33,339 bases of DNA from a virus (lineage: Duplodnaviria; Heunggongvirae; Uroviricota; Caudoviricetes), in the IMG/VR virus record IMGVR_UViG_2671180294_000014; one strand, written 5' to 3'. The notes below the pieces were generated by a model. It did not search any database, was not told the DNA's origin, and saw only the letters and a list, made by a program, of their open reading frames with translations. This document shows positions 8,760 to 17,435 of the stretch, piece by piece. A program made the position numbers and the translations under genes. Every line of letters begins with the position of its first letter. Within the stretch, counting starts at the first letter, position 1.

Positions 8760-8944
8760 GTCTAGTTCCCTTAACAAGTGTTAAAAATTGAAGCGGATAG
8801 CATACCGCATAGATCATGAAAAATGCCATCATGTGCATGGATTTGCATGCGTCAGAAGTCGCTTTTATTGTTAGTTATCACTAGCGCTGGCGTGCTCTTG
8901 GAGTGTTCATGCAACTGCATTAAAACCGCCCCATGAAGCGGGCG

Positions 8945-8963
8945 GGCGAGGCGGGGAAAGCAC
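8945..8963. other. cos cohesive-end sequence GGCGAGGCGGGGAAAGCAC (P2-type 19-nt cohesive end)
   Basis: Exact 19-nt match to the P2 cohesive end as I recall it. It lies between the hotspot and Q, where cos sits in P2. Confidence 0.7.
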
Positions 8964-9102
8964 TGCGCGCTGGCGGTGGTGCTGATTTTATTTTCCAGCG
9001 TCTCAGCGCGTCGTGACGGCGCTTAGTCTGCCCGTTGGGCGTTGGTGTGTCTGCGGGATTTTTTGTGCGGTGATGAGCGTGTGAGGGCGTGATGGCGGGG
9101 TG

Positions 9103-9124
9103 TAAAAAAGCCGCCCGCAGGCGG
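9103..9124 (-). terminator. Rho-independent terminator of the P-Q operon (GCCGCC-tgcg-GGCGGC followed by a U-run on the minus strand)
   Basis: GC stem-loop with a T-run on the coding (minus) strand 7 nt after the Q stop. Confidence 0.7.
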
Positions 9125-9130
9125 CGATGT

Positions 9131-10165
9131 TCAGCCGTTGTCAGTGTCCAGTGAGTAGTTTTTAAAGCGGATGACCTCCTGACCGAGCCAGCCGTTTATC
9201 TCGCGGATCCTGTCCTGTAACGGGATAAGCTCATTGCGGACAAAGACCTTTGCCACTTTCTCAATATCACCCAGCGACCCGACGTTCTCCGGCTTGCCCC
9301 CCATCAACTGAAAGGGGATGCGGTGCGCGTCCAGCAGGTCAGCGGCGCTGGCTTTTTTGATATTAAAAAAATCGTCCTTCGTTGCCACTTCACTGAGCGG
9401 GATAATTTTAATGCCGTCGGCTTTCCCCTGTGGGGCATAGAGAAACAGATTTTTAAAGTTATTGCGGCCTTTCGACTTAACCATGTTTTCGCGAAGCATT
9501 TCGATATCGTTGCGATCCTGCACGGCATCGGTGACGTACATGATGTATCCGGCATGTGCGCCGTTTTCGTAATACTTGCGGCGGAACAGCGTGGCCGACT
9601 CATTCAGCCATGCAGAGTTAAGGGCGCTGAGATATTCCGGCAGGCCGTACAGCTCCTGATTAATATCAGGCTCCAGCAGGTGAAACACGGAGCCGGGCGC
9701 GAAGGCTGTCGGCTCGTTGAAGGACGGCACCCACCAGTAAACATCCTCCTCCACGCCACGACGGGTATATTTGGCCGGTGAGGTTTCCAGTCTGATGACC
9801 TTACCGGTGGTGCTGTAACGCTTTTCCAGAAACGCATTACCGAACACCAGAAAATCCAGCACAAAACGGCTGAAATCCTGCTGGGAAAGCCACGGGTGCG
9901 GGATAAACGTTGAAGCCAGAATATTACGTTTGACGTAAATCGGTGAGCTGTGATGCACGGCAGCACGCAGGCTTTTTGCCAGACCGGTAAAGCTGACCGG
10001 CGGCTCATACCATCTGCCGTTACTGATGCACTCGACGTAATCCAGAATGTCACGGCGGTCGAGTACCGGCACCGGCTCACCAAAGGTGAATGCTTCCATT
10101 TTCGGGGCGCTGGCGGTGATTGTTTTTGCCGCAGGTCGCGGTGTTTTCCCTTTTTTCTTGCTCAT
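9131..10165 (-). CDS. Q: Portal protein Q, 344 aa
   Basis: The length is identical to P2 gpQ. It is the first gene beside cos, and its start overlaps the stop of P. Confidence 0.93.
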   Translation of the reverse strand: MSKKKGKTPRPAAKTITASAPKMEAFTFGEPVPVLDRRDILDYVECISNGRWYEPPVSFTGLAKSLRAAVHHSSPIYVKRNILASTFIPHPWLSQQDFSRFVLDFLVFGNAFLEKRYSTTGKVIRLETSPAKYTRRGVEEDVYWWVPSFNEPTAFAPGSVFHLLEPDINQELYGLPEYLSALNSAWLNESATLFRRKYYENGAHAGYIMYVTDAVQDRNDIEMLRENMVKSKGRNNFKNLFLYAPQGKADGIKIIPLSEVATKDDFFNIKKASAADLLDAHRIPFQLMGGKPENVGSLGDIEKVAKVFVRNELIPLQDRIREINGWLGQEVIRFKNYSLDTDNG

Positions 10166-11937
10166 CAGTAAAACTCCAGAATGGTGGATGTCAGCGGAGT
10201 GCTGATACCGGCGGTGAGTGGCTCATTTAACAGGGCGTGCATGGTTGCCCAGGCGAGGTCGGCGTGGCTGGCTTCCTCGCTGCGGCTGGCCTCATAGGTG
10301 GCACTGCGTCCGCTGCTGGTCATGGTCTTGCGGATAGCCATGAACGAGCTGGTGATGTCGGTGGCGCTGACGTCATATTCCAGACAGCCACGGCGGATGA
10401 CGTCTTTGGCCTTGAGCACCATTGCGGTTTTCATTTCCGGCGTGTAGCGGATATCGCGCGCGGCGGGATAGAACGAGCGCACGAGCTGGAACACGCCGAC
10501 ACCGAGGCCGGTGGCATCAATACCGATGTATTCGACGTTGTATTTTTCGGTGAGTTTGCGGATGGACTCCGCCTGGGTGGCAAAGTCCATGCCTTTCCAC
10601 TGGTGACGCTCAAGTATTCTGAATTTGCCACCGGCCACCACCGGCGGTGCCAGCACCACGCATCCGGCGCTGTCGCCACGGTGTGACGGGTCGTAACCAA
10701 TCCATACCGGGCGGGAGCCGAACGGATTTGCGGCAAACGGCGCGTAGTCTTCCCATTCTTCCAGCGTGTCGACCATGCAGCGTTGCAGCTCCTCGAACGG
10801 GAACACCGATACCTTGTCGTCAACAAATTCACACATGAACAGGTTTTTAAAATCGTCGGCGCTGTTTTCGCGTTTGAGCTGCTCAATGTCGAACAATGTG
10901 CAGCCGCCTTTCAGGGCGTCCTCAATGGTGACAATCTGCCGCCACTGGCCGTCCGCACAGAGAAGACCACCGGCAAGGGCGTTATGACTGACGTCGATTT
11001 CCACACGTTCGGCGGCGCTGGCGCGTCCCCGGTTGAACAGTTCACCCGACCAGAACGGGTAGGCGTCGTGCGCCAGCGTGGACGGGGTGGAGAAATAGGT
11101 CGAGCGCAGGTGACTCTGTGAGGCCATACCTGATGCCACCTTACGCAGTACCTGAAAATTCGGGATCCAGAAAATCTCGTCGACGTACAGGTCGCCGTTA
11201 TGGCTCTGTGCGGTGTTGGAGTTGGTGCCGAGAAAAATCAGTTTTGCGCCGTTATTGCCCAGGACAATCGGGTCACCGGTCAGGTCAACGTCAACCAGAC
11301 GAGCAAAGGCGATGATGTATTCACGGAACACATACGCCTGCGTTTTACTGGCCGACAGAAAAATCTGGTTATGGCCGGTTTTCAGGGCGCGCAGCAGCGC
11401 CTCGCGGGAAAAATAAAACGTCGCGCCAATCTGGCGGGATTTCAGGATATCGCGGATGCGGTGCTCAAGCCCGGCACGATACCAGTGCAACTGATAGTCG
11501 AAAGACTGCTCAAAGAAAATCTGCTCCAGCTTTTCGATGGCCTCGTCACTGAAAAAATTCTTTTTCGGTTTGCGACGCCCGCCTTTGTTGCGGTTAGCGA
11601 TGTTCGGATTAAGGTCTGCCTCGTTGCCGGTCTGGCTGTAGCGGTTTACCCGTGCCAGTCGTTCAATCTGGCGTCCGAGCAGGTCAATTTCCTTGAAGTC
11701 ACCGCCGGTTTTCTGCGGTTTGATGATGAGCTGGGTCAGCCGCGCTTCCAGACTCATTTCGACACGGCTGATGGGGGCAACACTGTCCCAGCCGTCGCGC
11801 TGTTTCCAGCTCTGCACCGTCGGGCGTTTCATCTGCAACATGGCGGCAATCTGCGGCACGGAAAACCCCTGCCAGTACAGCAGCGCCGCCTGACGACGCG
11901 GGTCGTGTAAAAGAGTGGTGTCTGTGGTGATGGTCAT
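10165..11937 (-). CDS. P: Terminase large subunit P (ATPase), 590 aa
   Basis: Starts at MTITTDTTLLHDPRRQAALLYWQGF, which matches P2 gpP. The ORF is open from 11967. Confidence 0.93.
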   Translation of the reverse strand: MTITTDTTLLHDPRRQAALLYWQGFSVPQIAAMLQMKRPTVQSWKQRDGWDSVAPISRVEMSLEARLTQLIIKPQKTGGDFKEIDLLGRQIERLARVNRYSQTGNEADLNPNIANRNKGGRRKPKKNFFSDEAIEKLEQIFFEQSFDYQLHWYRAGLEHRIRDILKSRQIGATFYFSREALLRALKTGHNQIFLSASKTQAYVFREYIIAFARLVDVDLTGDPIVLGNNGAKLIFLGTNSNTAQSHNGDLYVDEIFWIPNFQVLRKVASGMASQSHLRSTYFSTPSTLAHDAYPFWSGELFNRGRASAAERVEIDVSHNALAGGLLCADGQWRQIVTIEDALKGGCTLFDIEQLKRENSADDFKNLFMCEFVDDKVSVFPFEELQRCMVDTLEEWEDYAPFAANPFGSRPVWIGYDPSHRGDSAGCVVLAPPVVAGGKFRILERHQWKGMDFATQAESIRKLTEKYNVEYIGIDATGLGVGVFQLVRSFYPAARDIRYTPEMKTAMVLKAKDVIRRGCLEYDVSATDITSSFMAIRKTMTSSGRSATYEASRSEEASHADLAWATMHALLNEPLTAGISTPLTSTILEFY

Positions 11938-12003
11938 GAATACCTCGCCGTGATGAATACACGGCAAGGCTACTGAGTCGCGCCCCGCGATTCGCTAATG
12001 TGC

Positions 12004-12024
12004 TGTTGTGTCAGTGATAAACCA
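12004..12024. promoter_or_regulatory. Late-promoter activator (Ogr) site candidate, TGTTGT-gTCA...ACCA / TGT-N12-CCA, in the divergent P/O control region
   Basis: Partial dyad symmetry of the TGT-N12-ACA class. A near-identical element lies upstream of FI at 25503-25523. Confidence 0.45.
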
Positions 12025-12110
12025 TCCGGGACTGATGGCGGAGGATGCGCATCGTCGGGAAACTGATGCCGACATGTGACTCCTCTAATCACTATTCAGG
12101 ACTCCTGACA

Positions 12111-12965
12111 ATGGCAAAAAAAGTCTCAAAATTCTTTCGTATCGGCGTTGAGGGTGACACCTGTGACGGGCGTGTCATCAGTGCGCAGGATATTCAGGAA
12201 ATGGCCGAAACCTTTGACCCGCGTGTCTATGGTTGCCGCATTAACCTGGAACATCTGCGCGGCATCCTGCCTGACGGTATTTTTAAGCGTTATGGCGATG
12301 TGGCCGAACTGAAGGCCGAAAAGATTGACGATGATTCGGCGCTGAAAGGCAAATGGGCGCTGTTTGCGAAAATCACCCCGACCGATGACCTTATCGCGAT
12401 GAACAAGGCCGCGCAGAAGGTCTACACCTCAATGGAAATTCAGCCGAACTTTGCCAACACCGGCAAATGTTATCTGGTGGGTCTGGCCGTCACCGATGAC
12501 CCGGCAAGCCTCGGCACGGAATACCTGGAATTCTGCCGCACGGCAAAACACAACCCCCTGAACCGCTTCAAATTAAGCCCTGAAAACCTGATTTCAGTGG
12601 CAACGCCTGTTGAGCTGGAATTTGAAGACCTGCCTGAAACCGTGTTCACCGCCCTGACCGAAAAGGTGAAATCCATTTTTGGCCGCAAACAGGCCAGCGA
12701 TGATGCCCGTCTGAATGACGTGCATGAAGCGGTGACCGCTGTTGCTGAACATGTGCAGGAAAAACTGAGCGCCACTGAGCAGCGCCTCGCTGAGATGGAA
12801 ACCGCCTTTTCTGCACTTAAGCAGGAGGTGACTGACAGGGCGGATGAAACCAGCCAGGCATTCACCCGCCTGAAAAACAGTCTCGACCACACCGAAAGTC
12901 TGACCCAGCAGCGCCGCAGCAAGGCCACCGGTGGTGGCGGTGACGCCCTGATGACGAACTGCTGA
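12111..12965 (+). CDS. O: Capsid scaffold protein O, 284 aa
   Basis: MAKKVSKFFRIGVEGDTCDGRVISAQDIQEMAETFDPRVYG matches P2 gpO. The upstream in-frame extension to 12045 is unlikely to be translated. Confidence 0.92.
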   Translation: MAKKVSKFFRIGVEGDTCDGRVISAQDIQEMAETFDPRVYGCRINLEHLRGILPDGIFKRYGDVAELKAEKIDDDSALKGKWALFAKITPTDDLIAMNKAAQKVYTSMEIQPNFANTGKCYLVGLAVTDDPASLGTEYLEFCRTAKHNPLNRFKLSPENLISVATPVELEFEDLPETVFTALTEKVKSIFGRKQASDDARLNDVHEAVTAVAEHVQEKLSATEQRLAEMETAFSALKQEVTDRADETSQAFTRLKNSLDHTESLTQQRRSKATGGGGDALMTNC

Positions 12966-13023
12966 CCGGCGTCAGTCAGTCCGGGAAAACCTTCACGATT
13001 AACCCTTAATTTCAGGAAAAACT

Positions 13024-14096
13024 ATGCGCCAGGAAACCCGCTTTAAATTTAATGCTTACCTGTCCCGTGTTGCCGAGCTGAACGGCATCGACGCCGGTGA
13101 TGTGTCGAAAAAATTCACCGTTGAACCGTCGGTCACCCAGACCCTGATGAACACCATGCAGGAGTCCTCTGACTTTCTGACCCGCATCAACATTGTGCCG
13201 GTCAGTGAAATGAAAGGGGAAAAAATTGGCATCGGTGTCACCGGCTCCATCGCCAGCACCACCGACACCGCCGGTGGCACCGAGCGTCAGCCGAAGGACT
13301 TCTCGAAGCTGGCGTCAAACAAGTACGAATGCGACCAGGTTAACTTCGATTTTTATATCCGCTACAAAACGCTTGACCTGTGGGCGCGTTATCAGGATTT
13401 CCAGCTCCGTATCCGTAACGCCATTATCAAACGCCAGTCCCTTGATTTCATCATGGCCGGTTTTAACGGCGTGAAGCGTGCCGAAACCTCTGACCGCAAC
13501 AGTAATCCGATGCTGCAGGATGTGGCGGTCGGCTGGCTGCAGAAATACCGAATGAAGCCCCGGCGCGCGTGATGAGCAAGGTCACTGACGAGGAAGGCCG
13601 CACCACCTCTGAGGTTATCCGCGTGGGTAAGGGCGGTGATTATGTAAGCCTCGATGCACTGGTGATGGATGCGACCAACAACCTGATTGAACCTTGGTAT
13701 CAGGAAGACCCTGACCTTGTGGTGATTGTGGGGCGTCAGCTACTGGCGGACAAGTATTTCCCTATCGTCAACAAGGAGCAGGATAACAGCGAGATGCTGG
13801 CCGCTGACGTCATCATCAGCCAGAAACGCATCGGTAACCTGCCGGCGGTACGCGTCCCGTACTTCCCGGCGGATGCGATGCTCATCACGAAGCTGGAAAA
13901 CCTGTCCATCTACTACATGGATGACAGCCATCGCCGCGTGATTGTGGAAAACCCGAAACTCGACCGCGTGGAGAACTACGAGTCAATGAACATTGATTAC
14001 GTGGTGGAGGACTACGCCGCCGGTTGTCTGGTGGAAAAAATTAAGGTCGGTGATTTCTCCACACCGGCTAAAGCGACCGCAGAGCCGGGAGCGTAA
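13024..14096 (+). pseudogene. N: Major capsid protein N, split into two frames (13024-13572 and 13569-14096) by an apparent 1-nt deletion near 13549-13551
   Basis: The two adjacent ORFs total 357 aa, the length of P2 gpN. Restoring one nucleotide in TACCG-AATGAAGCC gives …QKYRNEAPARVMSKVTDEE…, a continuous N-like protein. This is either a genuine inactivating mutation or a sequencing error. Confidence 0.75.
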
Positions 14097-14099
14097 CCG

Positions 14100-14843
14100 A
14101 TGACGAGTCCCGCACAGCGCCACATGATGCGGGTCTCGGCAGCGATGACCGCGCAGCGGGAAGCCGCCCCGCTGCGACATGCAACTGTCTATGAGCAGAT
14201 GCTGGTCAAGCTGGCCGCAGACCAGCGCACACTGAAAGCGATTTATTCAAAAGAGCTGAAGGCCGCGAAAAAACGCGAACTGCTGCCGTTCTGGTTGCCG
14301 TGGGTGAACGGCGTGCTGGAGCAGGGCAAAGGTGCACAGGATGACATTCTGATGACGGTCATGCTGTGGCGTCTGGATACCGGCGATATTGCCGGTGCGC
14401 TGGAGATTGCCCGTTATGCCCTGAAGTACGGTCTGACCATGCCGGGTAAACACCGCCGCACCCCGCCGTACATGTTCACCGAGGAGGTGGCGCTTGCGGC
14501 CATGCGCGCTCACGCTGCCGGTGAGTCTGTGGATCCCCGCCTGCTGACGGACACCCTCGAACTGACCGCCACGGCTGACATGCCTGATGAAGTGCGCGCA
14601 AAGCTGCACAAAATCACCGGTCTGTTTCTGCGTGACGCTGGTGATGCCGCAGGTGCGCTGGTACACCTGCAACGTGCGACACAGCTCGACTGTCAGGCAG
14701 GCGTCAAAAAAGAGATTGAACGACTGGAGCGGGAGCTGAAACCGAAGCCGGAGCCGCAGCCCAAAGCGGCCACCCGCACTCCGCGTAAGACCCGGAGCGT
14801 GACACCGGCAAAACGTGGACGCCCGAAAAAGAAAGCCAGTTAA
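14100..14843 (+). CDS. M: Terminase small subunit M, 247 aa
   Basis: Length and position match P2 gpM. The C-terminus is Lys/Arg-rich. Confidence 0.88.
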   Translation: MTSPAQRHMMRVSAAMTAQREAAPLRHATVYEQMLVKLAADQRTLKAIYSKELKAAKKRELLPFWLPWVNGVLEQGKGAQDDILMTVMLWRLDTGDIAGALEIARYALKYGLTMPGKHRRTPPYMFTEEVALAAMRAHAAGESVDPRLLTDTLELTATADMPDEVRAKLHKITGLFLRDAGDAAGALVHLQRATQLDCQAGVKKEIERLERELKPKPEPQPKAATRTPRKTRSVTPAKRGRPKKKAS

Positions 14844-14942
14844 CAACCGAATGCGCCCCGCGCCAGGGCGGCACGCCGGTCAGTGACGGTGAATCACCTG
14901 ACACTGCACCGGCGTCCACCGCCCGACTTTTCAGAGGTAGTC

Positions 14943-15452
14943 ATGATGACGCTGATTATTCCGCGAAAGGAGGCTCCCGTGTCCGGTGAGGGTACGGTGG
15001 TTATCCCGCAACCGGCAGGCGACGAGCCGGTGATTAAAAACACGTTCTTTTTTCCCGATATTGACCCGAAGCGCGTCCGGGAACGTATGCGCCTTGAGCA
15101 GACCGTCGCCCCCGCCCGTCTGCGTGAGGCCATCAAGTCAGGCATGGCGGAGACGAATGCGGAGCTGTACGAGTACCGCGAACAGAAAATTGCTGCCGGT
15201 TTTTCGCGTCTGGCTGACGTCCCGGCGGACGACATCGACGGTGAAAGCATCAAAGTTTTTTACTACGAGCGCGCTGTGTGTGCGATGGCGACCGCGTCGC
15301 TTTATGAGCGTTACCGCGGCGTGGATGCCAGTGCCAAGGGCGACAAGAAGGCCGACAGCATTGACAGCACCATTGATGAGCTGTGGCGGGATATGCGCTG
15401 GGCGGTGGCGCGTATCCAGGACAAGCCGCGCTGCATCGTGAGTCAAATCTGA
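14943..15452 (+). CDS. L: Head completion protein L, 169 aa
   Basis: MMTLIIPRKEAPVSGEGTVVIPQPAGDEPVIKN matches P2 gpL. The ORF track begins at an upstream in-frame Met. Confidence 0.9.
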   Translation: MMTLIIPRKEAPVSGEGTVVIPQPAGDEPVIKNTFFFPDIDPKRVRERMRLEQTVAPARLREAIKSGMAETNAELYEYREQKIAAGFSRLADVPADDIDGESIKVFYYERAVCAMATASLYERYRGVDASAKGDKKADSIDSTIDELWRDMRWAVARIQDKPRCIVSQI

Positions 15453-15655
15453 TGAAGACCTTTGCGCTACAGGGCGACACGCTCGACGCCATTTGTGTTC
15501 GGTATTACGGGCGCACTGAGGGCGTGGTCGAGGCCGTGCTCGCCGCAAATCCGGGACTGGCTGAACTGGGGGCGGTGCTGCCACACGGCACCGCCGTCGA
15601 ACTGCCCGACGTTCAGACCGCGCCCGTGGCTGAAACTGTCAATCTGTGGGAGTAA
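15452..15655 (+). CDS. X: Tail protein X (LysM-like), 67 aa
   Basis: MKTFALQGDTLDAICVRYYGRTEGVVEAVLAANPGL matches P2 gpX. Start and stop overlap as ATGA with L. Confidence 0.88.
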   Translation: MKTFALQGDTLDAICVRYYGRTEGVVEAVLAANPGLAELGAVLPHGTAVELPDVQTAPVAETVNLWE

Positions 15656-15658
15656 CGC

Positions 15659-15940
15659 ATGACAGCAGAAGAAAAAAGCGTCCTGTCGCTTTTCATGATT
15701 GGGGTGCTGATTGTTGTCGGCAAGGTGCTTGCCGGTGGTGAACCCATCACTCCGCGTCTGTTTATCGGGCGCATGTTGCTCGGTGGTTTTGTCTCGATGG
15801 TTGCCGGTGTTGTTCTGGTGCAGTTTCCTGACCTGTCACTGCCTGCGGTGTGCGGCATCGGCTCCATGCTGGGTATCGCCGGTTATCAGGTGATTGAGAT
15901 TGCCATTCAGCGCCGCTTTAAGGGCAGGGGGAAACCGTAA
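15659..15940 (+). CDS. Y: Holin Y, 93 aa
   Basis: Hydrophobic transmembrane protein lying before the endolysin. Length matches P2 gpY. Confidence 0.88.
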   Translation: MTAEEKSVLSLFMIGVLIVVGKVLAGGEPITPRLFIGRMLLGGFVSMVAGVVLVQFPDLSLPAVCGIGSMLGIAGYQVIEIAIQRRFKGRGKP

Positions 15941-16437
15941 TGCCGGTAATTAGCACACATCAGAATATCGCCGCCTTTCTCGACATGCTGGCCGTGTCCG
16001 AAGGGACGGCGAATCATCCGCTGACGAAAAACCGGGGCTATGACGTGATAGTCACCGGACTGGACGGGAAGCCGGAAATCTTCACCGACTACAGTGACCA
16101 CCCGTTCGCACATGGCCGACCGGCGAAGGTGTTTAACCGTCGCGGTGAAAAATCCACGGCCTCCGGTCGCTATCAGCAGCTTTACCTGTTCTGGCCGCAC
16201 TACCGCAAACAGCTTGCCCTGCCGGATTTCAGTCCGTTGTCACAGGACAGGCTCGCCATTCAGTTGATCCGCGAACGCGGTGCACTGGATGACATCCGGG
16301 CGGGACGCATTGAGCGCGCCATTTCACGCTGTCGCAATATCTGGGCGTCCCTGCCGGGTGCCGGTTACGGTCAGCGTGAGCATTCACTGGAAAAACTGGT
16401 CACCGTCTGGCGCACCGCTGGCGGCGTACCGGCTTAA
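15940..16437 (+). CDS. K: Endolysin K (lysozyme/transglycosylase), 165 aa
   Basis: Length and position match P2 gpK. The protein contains EGT...GYD motifs. Confidence 0.88.
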   Translation: MPVISTHQNIAAFLDMLAVSEGTANHPLTKNRGYDVIVTGLDGKPEIFTDYSDHPFAHGRPAKVFNRRGEKSTASGRYQQLYLFWPHYRKQLALPDFSPLSQDRLAIQLIRERGALDDIRAGRIERAISRCRNIWASLPGAGYGQREHSLEKLVTVWRTAGGVPA

Positions 16438-16451
16438 ACGGAGTAAACACC

Positions 16452-16877
16452 ATGAAGAAATTATCCCTTTCACTGATGCTGAACGTGTCGCTGGCGCTGA
16501 TGCTGGCACTGTCCCTGATTTACCCGCAGAGCGTGGCCGTCAGTTTTGTCGCTGCATGGGCGATTCTGGCGACGGTTATCTGTGTGATTGCCGGTGGTGT
16601 CGGCGTGTATGCCGCGGAGTATGTGCTGGAACGCTACGGGCGGGAGCTGCCGCCGGAATCGCTGGCCGTGAAGATTGTCACGTCGCTGTTTTTGCAGCCG
16701 GTGCCGTGGCGCAGACGGGCAGCGGCTCTGATGGTGATGGTGGCGACGTTTATCTCGCTGGTCGCTGCCGGGTGGATTTTTACCGCACTGATTTATCTCG
16801 TGGCATCGCTGTTTTTCCGGCTGATACGTACGGCCTGCCGTCAGCGTCTTGAGGGGCGGGAACCATGTCAAAACTGA
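16452..16877 (+). CDS. lysA: Lysis regulatory membrane protein LysA, 141 aa
   Basis: Multi-transmembrane small protein. Length matches P2 LysA. Confidence 0.85.
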   Translation: MKKLSLSLMLNVSLALMLALSLIYPQSVAVSFVAAWAILATVICVIAGGVGVYAAEYVLERYGRELPPESLAVKIVTSLFLQPVPWRRRAAALMVMVATFISLVAAGWIFTALIYLVASLFFRLIRTACRQRLEGREPCQN

Positions 16878-17290
16878 TGATTGTGCTGGTTGTGTTGTTA
16901 TCGCTGGCGGTGGCCGGTCTGTTTCTGGTGAAACACAAAAATGCCAGCCTGCGCGCCTTGCTGGACAGGGCGAACAACGTCGCCAGTGAACAGCAGACGA
17001 CCATCACCATGCTGAAAAACCAGCTTCATGTTGCCCTCACCAGGGCAGACAAAAACGAGCTGGCGCAGGTGGCACTGCGTCAGGAACTGGAGAACGCCGC
17101 GAAGCGTGAAGCTCAGCGCGAGAAAACCATCACGAGGTTACTTAATGAAAACGAAGATTTTCGCCGCTGGTACGGTGCTGACCTGCCTGATGCTGTGCGC
17201 CGGTTGCACCAGCGCACAGCCTGCGCAGACGCCAGTGATTGTCCACAACGCCTGCCCGAAAGTGAGCCTTTGCCCGATGCCGGGCAGTGA
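16865..17290 (+). CDS. lysB: i-spanin LysB (Rz-like), 141 aa
   Basis: N-terminal transmembrane segment followed by a coiled-coil. Length matches P2 LysB. Confidence 0.85.
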   Translation: MSKLMIVLVVLLSLAVAGLFLVKHKNASLRALLDRANNVASEQQTTITMLKNQLHVALTRADKNELAQVALRQELENAAKREAQREKTITRLLNENEDFRRWYGADLPDAVRRLHQRTACADASDCPQRLPESEPLPDAGQ

Positions 17291-17435
17291 CCCGCAGACG
17301 AACGGCGATTTAAGTGCTGATATCCGGCAGCTTGAGAACGCGCTGGCACGCTGTGCCAGCCAGGTAAAAATGATTAAACACTGTCAGGACGAAAACGATG
17401 CTCAAACCCGACAGCCTGCGCAGGGCGCTGACTGA
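17145..17435 (+). CDS. lysC: o-spanin LysC (Rz1-like lipoprotein), 96 aa, embedded in the +1 frame of lysB
   Basis: MKTKIFAAGTVLTCLMLCAGC carries a lipobox. The 96-aa length equals P2 LysC. The gene starts inside lysB in another frame. Confidence 0.8.
   Translation: MKTKIFAAGTVLTCLMLCAGCTSAQPAQTPVIVHNACPKVSLCPMPGSDPQTNGDLSADIRQLENALARCASQVKMIKHCQDENDAQTRQPAQGAD

Noticed and set aside
9304-11121. Many 60-240-aa ORFs antisense or out of frame within Q and P, and similar ones inside N, M, L, T and others
   Set aside because: These are typical spurious ORFs inside GC-rich phage structural genes. They are fully overlapped by well-supported P2-homologous genes and have no ribosome-binding sites.
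12045-12110. N-terminal extension of scaffold gene O from 12045
   Set aside because: P2 gpO begins MAKKVSKFF, which corresponds to the ATG at 12111. The extension would overlap the late-promoter region.
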